A DNA stretch of 54,175 bases from Octopus bimaculoides (lineage: Eukaryota): the NCBI RefSeq assembly GCF_001194135.2, contig NC_068989.1, positions 36,766,586 through 36,820,760 of the forward strand, written 5' to 3'. The position numbers were made by a program, and so were the translations under genes. Positions 44,423 to 54,175 of this stretch are shown here, one piece after another. The notes below the pieces were generated by a model, which saw only the letters and a program-made list of their open reading frames with translations, searched no databases and was not told the DNA's origin. Every line of letters starts with the position of its first letter. Within the stretch, counting starts at the first letter, position 1.

Positions 44423-47415
44423 TGCCACTTACCCATACATGAGAACACACACATTCACTCACTCACTCTCTCTCACACACATGCACACACACATCTTTTA
44501 CTTTCTCCTCTCTTTCACTTTAAAATAAAAATAAATAAAAAATTTTTACAGAAATTAACGAACTCCAGATGACAAGCAAAAGATTGCCATTCACTTGAAA
44601 ATAATTAAAAAAATATTAAAATATTATCTGTTTAAAGAAAGCTTAAATATAAATACTCCCAGTACAAACAACTTATATTTTTGGAATCACATTCAGTTAA
44701 AAATATTTCTAAACTATCTTAAGAGCTGCCCTATCGGACAACATTTAGACTAGCTCCTGTACAACACTGGAAGCTCTCCTGGCTTCTGATTGCTCTAGTG
44801 ATTCTGAATCTCTTACTCTTCTCATGTTGGCTACATTGGATACTCTCCTAGATTCAGTTTATTCAGGTGTTTCCAATGCCCTTTTTCTCCCCTTGGCAAG
44901 AGCATTTGATGCTCTCCTTGTTCAGGAGTTTGAAAGTCTGTAAGCATTTGCAAATTCTCAGCATTGAAAGCTCTCCTGGCTGTCGTTTGATCTGGGTTTT
45001 AATCTGCATAGGACTTTCTTTTCTTCACTGCAGCCTTGGCTCTTTTGATTGCAATCTGGTCCTCTGTTGACAGAGATTTATTTTTATGAGGTATAATGTT
45101 GCCATATGTGATAAGCAACAATAAACTACAGAAGAACTGAAATTAGATCGCTGCATTTAAGTATTACATTAATATTTAAGCTTATCTTTTAAAAGTTCAA
45201 CGATAATTCTTCTGCTGCCACTTAATTTAAAAAACAATTTGATGTATGGAGGTCCTTACTTTTCATACAAATAATAATTTCTATTTTATGGGTGACTTTT
45301 GCTGGATTTCACAATTTATTTCGATTATTCACAAATTTATTTCCAAGTTATAAAAATTGTTATATTAATATGCTAATACCTATGTAGTTATGAATGTACC
45401 AGTGGTGTGTATTACACTTAGGTGAAAGGAAGGGGTAAAAGGAGAGAAATGAAACTTGTTAAGCAGAAGTATAGTTGAAGTAAGAGGCAAAGCGGCAAAG
45501 AACAGGGAGTAAGAGAGAGAGAGAACATTGATAGTGCTGAGAGGTAAGAGAAATACACTGCATTAAACACAGGAGAAAGGTTAGAGGCAAGGAGACAGAG
45601 AGGAGGGAGGGGGAAGAGAGAAAGATATTTAGAAAGATAAATTGAGTGAACAAAAGGAGTGGATAGAGAATGATAAAGAGAATGAATTTATTTTCAGAGA
45701 GAAAATGATGGAAAACTTTTCGTTTTGGACGATATATGATAAAGCCACTGTGACAGTTATTCTATGCTGTTTGAAAGCTATTTGTATAAAATTTCATTAA
45801 AAAATACCAATTTTCCAAAACTCCTCTCCCTAACCACTCAGAAAAACATTTTTCAACAAATCTTAACATACACTTAGTCAACAGGATTTAAGCGATTATT
45901 TATGGAATTTATGAGGCAACAAAGTCAGTGGGGTATACATCTGTACTTACACCCATAATTATTCGATAGTTATTAAATGAAGTCACAATTTACAGATGCT
46001 TACATTTTTTTATGTTTTCTGTGCAGTTTTCACGAGTCCAGCTAGTAAAGATTGTTAGTGTACAAAAAAATTCACTAAAAACAATCGCGGTAATGAAAAC
46101 TTAGGAATCCAAAATTCAGGACTGCGGGTCCTGATTCAGCCTGGAATGTTTTTAATTTACTCATAGAGTCGGCCTGATTCCAAATGGTATAATATGTTGG
46201 GTTACAGCATCTAGGAATAAAGTTGAAAAAGTGTGACACACTGAATCTCACATTTATTATATTAGATGATTAAAATATTGTGTATGTCAAAAAGTCAACA
46301 TTTTTTTGTCTTAGAGAGCACGAAGACTATGTGTGTGTATATGTCACAGATAGCGGACATGTATTTGTGATTGATACACCATGACATTCATTATGTGTGT
46401 ATTCTGTATGTGTGTTGACGTCATGGAAGCCATGTTTTTTTTTTTTTTGCCATCAAGAAATAACAAGCAAAAATTGTGTTTAATTGTTTTCATTAATAAA
46501 TAGTTTCAAATATCACAAAAATTTGTATTGCACTACCGAAGGTAAGTATAATAAATATGCAAAAAAAATTAAGATAAAATATACTATTTCTGAGATACTT
46601 CAGGTACATACAAACATCTCTAAAGTTTTAGTATTATTAAGATAGTGGATGAGTCCAGCAGTATACCACCAAACAGTCACCATAACCTTCTTTTTGAAGA
46701 GCTCGGGTTTAGGGAAGGTTTTTGGTGCTTCATTTTGGTCCAACCACTGTAAAGAACGTTTTTTATTATTATACAGAATCCACTTTTCATCACAAGTTAC
46801 AATATGGTCAAGAAATGGATCGGTCTGGTTACAGAGAAGAAGCGATGAGCAAATTTCATATCTGTGCATTTTCTGATTTTCATTCAAATTGTGTGGTACC
46901 CATTTATTGAGCTTTTTTGATTTTCTGATCGCATATAAATGGTTGAAGGCAGTTTTCTGGCTAACTTGAAGTTCTTTTGCCAGTTCTCAAGTGATTTTAC
47001 ATGGATCTTTCTCTATGACAGTCTTTAATTGATTGTCATTGATGACAGATGGGCGTCACGATCTTCAAGGCCCAGGTCTCCACTATGAAATTTTTAAAAC
47101 AATTTTCAAACTGACCACTCACTGGTCATTTCCTCACCAAATATTGCATTGATATTGTGAGCACTTTCAGCTGCTTTAAGTCCTTTTTTGAAGTTGAATA
47201 GCAAAATTCCTCAAATATTGTGCTTTGCCAGTTCCATTTAAGACGATTGTAACAACAGTGCAAAAAATATCAATGTTAATTTATTGATGCATTTGGGCAA
47301 GTTTATGTCTGTATTATCAGACAATTGCAAAAAAATGTTTAAAAAAATTCAAAACTCTGCAAAAATCTGGTACAAATTCTTCATGGTTCAAAACGTTGCT
47401 TACTTTTTACTCACC

Positions 47416-47419
<4 letters not shown>
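43424..47419 (-). mobile_element. Full-length DD34D mariner (about 1265 bp once the insert is removed) split by a Helitron
   Basis: TA-flanked TIRs TCAGG(G/C)TGAGT(A/G)AAAAGTAAGCAACGTTTTGAA at both ends. Motifs TCDEKW, DNA*PH and YSPDLSPIDY. The reading frame rejoins as GLIHY|NFLKP across the insert. Confidence 0.9.
43912..46642 (-). mobile_element. 2731-bp non-autonomous Helitron
   Basis: Inserted between A and T with no TSD; 5' TCTTAATAATACTAAA, 3' CTAG, and a TGACC-caaca-GGTCA hairpin ending 12 nt from the 3' end. Contains a degenerate repetitive N-terminal ORF at about 45095-44725. Confidence 0.88.
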
Positions 47420-47458
<39 letters not shown>

Positions 47459-47685
47459 TGATCACCATCATCATTTAATGTCTGTTTTCTATGCTAGCGT
47501 GGGTAAGACAATTTGACTGGAGTTGGTAAGCTGGAGAGCTGTACTGGGCTCCAGCTTGTGTTGGCTTTGTTTCTATGCTTGGATGTTCTTCCTAACGCCA
47601 ACCACTCCACAGAGAGCACTGGATTTGTTTTATGTACCAGTGTCACAAGTGCTTCTTATGTGTCACTGGCACAGTGACATGTAAA

Positions 47686-47716
<31 letters not shown>

Positions 47717-48164
47717 AGCAATTAGAAGCAAGAAGTGAAATAAACAAATTCCAGTGCCCCACAAAAAAAAAAAAGTAGTGACAGATTCAATAAGAATGTA
47801 ACCAAGGATGAGTAAAATTCAGGAACTGTAGAAGAAAGAAATCTAAGGAGTTATATATAACTACATAACAACGTTTATATATTTCCTGTCACCCAAAGGG
47901 TGATTAAGTACCTGCATTCAAAATTGATTTTTTTGTTTAACATTTCCAATATATTTAAGATAAACATATTTGTTGTCTTTATTGATGGCATGGTACACTA
48001 ATTTCAATTAATTGTCACAGATGTATAAAAGAGTTTTAATGTTTATAATAAATGGAAAAAAAAAAACCCAACAAAAAACAGTGCAGAAAATATGATTTTT
48101 GGAAACAATATTTTCATGCTCAGAATTCTCTAAGCTTGGAATAAACTATCTGCAGCAATTGTTA

Positions 48165-48410
48165 GCTGTCAGGACACTGCATCCTTGAAAAATTCCATGC
48201 TTCTTGAAATTCACTAACAATACTCCTGATGTGCATATACAGTTGTTCCCTTTTGTGTCTTTTTGTGTTGTAATATGTGTACTGTCCAGGTAATTCTAAC
48301 TTTCATTGCAGTTTTCCTTTGTGACTTATGGCTATTTTCTGTCTCCTTTTTTAGATTTTTTTGATGAGTTGTAGTGCACCTGAGCACTACTTACAATAAT
48401 CTTATTATCA
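48165..48410 (+). mobile_element. Degenerate CR1-like LINE 3' end (family of 23505 and 27077)
   Basis: Shares cagcaattgttag...catccttgaaaa...ccatgcttc and gatgagttgtagtgcacctgagcacta. Confidence 0.7.
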
Positions 48411-49589
48411 TTATTAATATTATACTTTATATATATATATATAAGGGTGCATGGCATAGTGGTAATAGTGTTGTACTCACAATCACTAGATTGTGATTTC
48501 AATTCCTAAACAGGGTGGTGCATTGTGTTTTTAAGTAAAACATTTCATCTCACATTGCTCTGCGATCACTTCGACACCAGATGCATGGTACATAGTGCAC
48601 CTGCTCAGACAATGTTGATTTGATGGAGAGAGTGAGCACTATAAACAAATCATTTGTGCAGATCATCTGGCAAAAGCTGAATGCTCATACATTGTCTTTG
48701 ATAGGAGAGTTCATTATATAATATATAGATTTATTTTAATAGAGTAAATAATGATAAAAGATAGATAATAGAGGCTAACTTCCAGTGAATTGTGCCCATG
48801 GTTTTGCTTTGGTCTCCAGTTGTAGCTTTTTTACCTCATTTATATAGACAATCATCCTGACAAAAGTATGAATATAAACACAATTTCTACACCAATAAAC
48901 ATGTGACATCTAGGCTTTGTAAGAGCTCATAATACTTTCATGCAGTCATTCAAACTGCTAAAAACAGCAGCCAAATATCTCACAAACCATACTCTTCATC
49001 TTAATTAAGAAAAAAAAAAAGTCATAACTTGATAGGATATTCCTAGACAGTGGCAGCTTGTAGATAAAATTAGTGGGGGTGCTTCAGATAACTTTTAGCT
49101 GTTGTTTTGACATTGTATAAAAGGAAACAAACATATAAAAAGAAAATTTATACATAAACTTGATCAGCTCGCGTTTTAGCCACTGCCAAGTATTGTGTTT
49201 AATTTGTTCACTGAACACCACTGTGAATTCCCCCTGGTTTTTCAAAAATTCTCACTAAATCACAAAATAAGTGGGGGAAATGTGCCTTATTTTTCAAATC
49301 CTGGCAGTAACACTGAAGCCTGAAGCAGGATAATAATCTAATTCTACACTTCATCACATTCAAGAATATAAACATGTTTTTAAGCACAACACATGCAGGG
49401 TCAAAAAGAAACACTACCTTTCACTTGGTACTGTCATTCACACAGTGCTCTCTCCCCCTAATTTGAAGCTTCCTATCTCGGACATGTGAGCATGCACACA
49501 ACAGCCAAACACTGCATTGCTGGAACTGTGAAGCACACAGTTCTATACAAAGAGTTTTGTATTTTTTTAATAAACTAGAGGATGGCCCT

Positions 49590-49980
49590 TCAAACTTTGT
49601 TTTTGTGATCTGGACATCAATGTTTTGAAACTGACCAATATTTTTCCAATACATTTCAGACAGATTCAGCACTGAGTTGTTGAAGCAGAAATGTCATTAT
49701 AGCAAATATTCTGCTCAATGTCACAACTCTGCTTGTCCGTTGCTGGACCATAACCACTTGAACATGTCCTCTATTGGCTGACAATAAGTGCATCCCTGAT
49801 TATGAGCAGGAGTAGTGGGGGAGAATCATAGCCATGTGTTGAGAAGGATTCTTTGATGTTTGAGTAAATGTAATGAAAGTAAATTTTAAAGGAAATATTA
49901 GCCATTTCTCACACATGATTTTTGTCCTTGGGTAGCAACTGTTATTTCCTATTTGTTTACTCCTAGAAAGTATGAAAGAT
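49590..49980. mobile_element. Partial MITE pair (reverse copy + start of a forward copy), family of 32320
   Basis: Homologous to the reverse complement of 32380-32700, followed by a TTTTTGTCCTTGG terminus. Confidence 0.75.
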
Positions 49981-50435
49981 TATATAATGTACAAGTATTA
50001 AGAAAGAATCAAAGAAAAAAAGACTCATTATATAGAATGTTATCGATAATATCGAGTGGAAATAGGGGGTGCTGCAGCTTGGCAGTTCCTATACATGAAC
50101 CACCACTGGTCCTAGTTATACTATGTCTGAAATCATGACAAAACAGAATGTGTCAGAACACCTTTGATCAAAAGTCTGCACTATCAAGGCTAACATAGGA
50201 CTAGACAACAACAAAAATCCTGGCAGTTACTTCATTTTTAGCTTATTGGACTGCAGTGTCTACAAACTAAGATTTCTTTAATTATCTGCAATAATACATT
50301 TCTTAACAATTTTATATAAATTGGGGAGTCTTTCATTCTTTCATTCTTCAATTGGGAATGAAAATATAAACTTAGTTATGTTTTGGCCAAAATTAACTCA
50401 GGCCATATTTAACTTAATAGCATCACTTACCATTT

Positions 50436-50680
50436 TTAAGTCAAGTTTTGTGGTATCATAGCCCATTCAAATAGGGAGTTGTTGACTGGAATGTATCCAA
50501 GTATAGATGGCTTGTCTGGCATCCCTTGAAGAAATTTGTCCAGATATTGTTTGAAAGTTTGGGGATTTTTTTCTTCTTTAATTTGCTTTGGAATGATATT
50601 AAACAGAGCAGAGCTGGTTGAGGCAAAATAATTGCATTGCAATATGGTTATGTGTTGTGAGCCTGATTTCTATAGAGGAT
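50436..50680 (-). mobile_element. CR1-like LINE extreme C-terminal fragment (different subfamily)
   Basis: ALFNIIPKQIKEEKNPQTFKQYLDKFLQGMPDKPSILGY...NNSL fits the LFNxLP...FKxxLDKFL...PDxP CR1 tail motif. Confidence 0.7.
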
Positions 50681-50830
50681 ATGTGACATGGGGGCCCTGT
50701 ATTGGATGAACTATTTGGGCAATGCTGATGTAGCACTCATAACTAAGATCAGTCATACCATTTTACTGTTTCTTTTCACACCTAAAGCTCTAAAGCCCCA
50801 ACTGTATCGTAGCAAAAGAATAAGTTTTAC

Positions 50831-50930
50831 CTGTGGGATATGTTTCAAAATTCTCAGTTTGTATCCATGCAGTAATTTCCGCTGTCGGTTCATGTATTGC
50901 TGTAAAGTGAATTCGCACGAAATATCTGGT
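50831..50930 (-). CDS. PTPDC1: PTPDC1 exon (PDISCEFTLQQYMNRQRKLLHGYKLRILKHIPQ)
   Basis: ttttcatatttag acceptor and CAG|gtaaaa donor, phase 2 to 0. Matches human TLPQYLIRQRHLLHGYEARLLKHVPK. Confidence 0.93.
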
Positions 50931-51169
50931 CTAAATATGAAAATATAAAAAAACCACCATCTTTCTATGGAAATAATCACAGACAACATTAGCATGTAAC
51001 TCTATATTACATAAGCCATTCATTGTGTGCCTTTGTTATTTGCACAATAACTTTACCAAAAACTAGGACTAAGATTTGCTTGAGTTAATCTCCTGGTGAT
51101 AATGCCTAATATTTCCCTGATGCTCTTCATTAATAATACTGTGTAACAAAATTTTTATCTCTATTTTTT

Positions 51170-51760
51170 TTTTTGTCTTTGGTCAGTAAGTGTTATTTCC
51201 TATTTGATTCTATGTAGAAAATAAAGGAAATGACTACTATTCCCTTCAAACTTTGTTTTTGCAATATGGACATCAATGTTTTGAAACTGACCAACATTTT
51301 TCCAATACATTTCAGACAAATTCAGCACTGAGTTTCTGAAGTAGAAATGTCATTATAGCAAATATTCTGCTCAATGCCACAAATCTGCTTGTACGTTGCT
51401 CAACCATAACCACTTGAATATGTCCCTTAGTGGCTGACAATATGTGCATCTCTGATCATGAGCAGGAGTAGTGGGGGCGCATCATAGCCATGTGTTGAGA
51501 AGGATTCTTTGATGTTTGAGTAAATGTAATGAAAGTAAATTTTGAAGGAAATATTAGCCATTTCTCACACATGATTTTTGTCCTTGGGTAGCAACTGTTA
51601 TTTCCTATTTGTTTATTCCGAAAAAGTATGAAAAATGACTAATATTTCCTTCAAATTTTGCTTTTGTTAGATTTATTCAAACTACAAAGAATTCCTTTCA
51701 AAGCATGGCTATGATATTCCCCCAATACTCCTGCTCATCATAAGAGATGCACATATTTGT
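51170..51760. mobile_element. Back-to-back MITE pair, family of 32320
   Basis: Reverse copy at 51170-51565, then a forward partial copy at 51575-51760. Confidence 0.78.
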
Positions 51761-51774
51761 TACACAGTGTAATC

Positions 51775-52152
51775 AGAACTGTAAGACGACCCAGACTTTG
51801 GGTCATCTTCAAGACTCTCTGTTACTCTCCGAAATTCAGCTGCCCACTTCTGCACAGTTGATAAAGTTGGAATATCATTCCCTAATGTAGTAACCATGTC
51901 AGCATGAATACCCTTGGGGACTAAACCCTTTTTCTACAGGTACTTGATAACACCATGGCACAAAATTTTGTCTATTTTCAAGAGAAGTTGCTACTAGTTA
52001 CTATTGGAATCTTTGAACAGTCAGATGTCAGTTTACCTGGAAAGAAACAATGCAGTTCTTAATAAATTGAAATTAATGCATGCAAGATTTCACAGCTCTA
52101 GCATCATTACTTCATAGTCAACTATGAACTTTTAAGTCCACCCTCATGTATC
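51775..52152 (-). mobile_element. mariner 5' end and N-terminal HTH fragment
   Basis: KILCHGVIKYL*KKGLVPKGIHADMVTTLG...VQKWAAEFRR...LEDDPKSG; terminus (ta)CATGAGGGTGGACTTAAAAGTTCA. Confidence 0.75.
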
Positions 52153-52299
52153 TGTCAAGCTATAGAGGGAGTCGCTATGTGGTCATTTGATATGGTAGAA
52201 ACAACAGTAATATTTCTCTCAAATTTCGTTTTAAGATAGCACACCTTGGCTAATTAGAATATTGACAAAAATACAGGAGACAGGAAAATGGAAACTCAC

Positions 52300-52389
52300 G
52301 AATAAGGAAATACGATCCAAAGTTTTTTCAGAAATTCTACGAATTCTCTCACACAAAGCATCTGCTTTCGTGTTTGGATCGATTTAGGT
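52300..52389 (-). CDS. PTPDC1: PTPDC1 exon, end of the phosphatase domain (RPKSIQTRKQMLCVREFVEFLKKLWIVFPY)
   Basis: tttcaataatttcag acceptor and gtgagt donor, phase 2 to 2. Matches the PTP Q-loop RPNSIQTRGQLLCVREF. The catalytic HCxxGxGR exon was not seen in the window. Confidence 0.93.
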
Positions 52390-52849
52390 CTGAAATTATT
52401 GAAACAAAAAAAAAAATTATTAATGAAAACTTTTAGTGTTTGTATTAATATTGCTTCATGACGTTAAACGATGATGATGATGATGATACAAATGCACACA
52501 CAAATATACATGCACATATATACATTGGGTGCTTTTTTTGTGGCACCAGTGGGGTCACCATGTAACTTGCAACACAAGACAAAGTCTCCTCAACTGGAGT
52601 TGGGGTGAGTAGTATTGAGGGAGGTGGTTTTGTGCCAGTTGATGAGAGGTTAAAAGAATAATAATAGAGGGATAGAGAGATGTGTCTTGCTGTGGAAGAG
52701 ATACAATGACATCCCAGTTGGAGAAGGGAAAGAAAGACTTAGACAGAAAGATAGAAATGATGGTGGTGGATGTATGTCAGGGCATCTTTTCAAGGTACTG
52801 TGGAGAGGGAAGATATAGGTGAGGTGATACAGAGGATTGGACTATATAT

Positions 52850-53118
52850 ATGTTGGGTTGGCAAGAAAGTAATTTCAGTCTTTTAGTGTGAAATAAAAGT
52901 AATTTTTTTCCATACAAAGAATGAACTTTAATCAATTTTCCATTTTGTTTGATGACCTTCTGCCATCTTTCTGGCAACTTCATGATTCTGCACTCATAGA
53001 TCTTCTGGTCCTTATCAGCCAAAAACTGAAGCAAGTGCAATTTCAGGTTATCATTGTTATTGAAAATTTGACCATTCAAAGAATTTTGCAAACTTTGAAA
53101 TAAATGGTAATTTGATGG
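52850..53118 (-). mobile_element. mariner C-terminal fragment with 3' TIR
   Basis: PSNYHLFQSLQNSLNGQIF...IMKLPERWQKVIKQNG; TIR TTGGGTTGGCAAGAAAGTAAT. Confidence 0.8.
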
Positions 53119-53119
53119 T

Positions 53120-53480
53120 AAAAGAAAGAATGGGATGTGTGGACTGAAAATCACAGATAAATGTAATACTACAGTTCTTAGCAAACTAATATGACATCCC
53201 AAAGACTGTAATAAACAATTTACTTTAGACTGGAGAATGTTGTCAAGATCGTTCCCTTATAAGGGCAAATCTTTGTGCCCTCTTTGTACGGATGAACAAC
53301 TGTTTATCCTTTTTTCCAAACACACACTTGTCAACACCTATAAAGAATGTGTTTACAGGTGTTTACATTGGAAAAAATTCACTTTCAGCTATTTCAAATA
53401 ATACCTGCTCTGTTTTGCCTAATAATATCTGTAATTTTCACTCTATTCTTTTCAATCCACACATCCCATTCTTTCCTTTA
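53120..53480 (+). mobile_element. Second Penelope-like family: GIY-YIG C-terminal half
   Basis: NTTVLSKLI*HPKDCNKQFTLDWRMLSRSFPYKGKSLCPLCTDEQLFILFSKHTLVNTYKECVYRCLHWKKF...*(53399-53401). Confidence 0.75.
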
Positions 53481-53945
53481 TCATTTCTATCCATTTGTCA
53501 TTCACTTTTCTATTTACTTGGTCCTCCATTTCTCATTTGATTTTCCTTCTCTCTCAATTCATGATGTCAAATTTCCTAACAGTATTTTAAAAATTACTAG
53601 CGTTCTCTATCCACCTTTTGTTTTTATATATTATAATTTCTTACATTTGTAAACGTAGCTTATTAAATGATGAGATTGATACATTATTCCACCTTATTTT
53701 TCCTCCCGGATTAATTTTAATGTACCCACTGAAACATATGCCAGTGATATAAATAATTTAAATAACATCTTGTGCATTTTTTGTCTCCATTTTCCATTTC
53801 TCTTATATCCTCCAAAACACATTTCACTTCTCATTGGAATTATTACCCATATACGTATGGTTACTAATATCTTAAAAGTGCTTATGTGACATTTGGCTAC
53901 CCTGGTAACTATTTCTGCGGATCTTTCCTTGAAAATTAAATATAT

Positions 53946-54175
53946 ATCATCATCATCATCATCGTTTAACGTCCGCTTTCCATGCTAGCATGGGTTGGAC
54001 GATTTGACTGAGGACTGGTGAAACCGGATGGCAACACCAGGCTCCAGTCTAATTTGGCAGAGTTTCTACAGCTGGATGCCCTTCCTAACGCCAACCACTG
54101 AGAGAGTGTAGTGGGTGCTTTTACGTGTCACCCGCACGAAAACGGCCACGCTCAAAATGGTGTCTTTTATGTGCC
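53946..54175 (-). mobile_element. RTE-LINE 3' end (young copy), runs off the window
   Basis: Reverse complement of the RTE 3' UTR with a (CAT)n tail. Confidence 0.85.

Noticed and set aside
49208-49672. Two minus-strand ORFs inside a PTPDC1 intron
   Set aside because: One overlaps a MITE, splice donors are weak, and homology shows KHIPQ|IIYY is contiguous, so no exon is needed here.

Overview
AT-rich, gap-containing eukaryotic genomic DNA. The repeat landscape (tRNA-headed SINEs, RTE-LINE tails ending in (GAT)n, dense TA/CA/GA microsatellites) points to an octopus or other cephalopod; this is inference, not a database hit. Two convergent multi-exon genes are present: the 3' half of CCDC61 on + (exons 2721-29630) and the 3' part of PTPDC1 on - (six phase-consistent exons, 52389-31932). 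Both were recognised from remembered similarity to the human proteins. The introns are filled with transposable elements: RTE and CR1-like LINE fragments, SINEs, pogo-type and piggyBac-type MITEs, a DD36E Tc1-like element, a DD37E (TRT-like) element with long IR/DR ends, and a full-length DD34D mariner split precisely by a 2.7-kb non-autonomous Helitron. The most unusual signal is a Penelope-like (PLE) family with two copies (about 24.0-24.5 kb and 39.1-40.5 kb). In the longer copy the GIY-YIG endonuclease is split by about 167 codons of Thr/Asp-rich sequence between the GIY and YIG strands; the shorter copy carries the same repeat. The 3' region of both copies carries a conserved hairpin and a decayed type I hammerhead ribozyme. 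There are no CRISPR arrays, rRNA genes or true tRNA genes. Repeat boundaries are approximate unless TIR or splice junctions are quoted.
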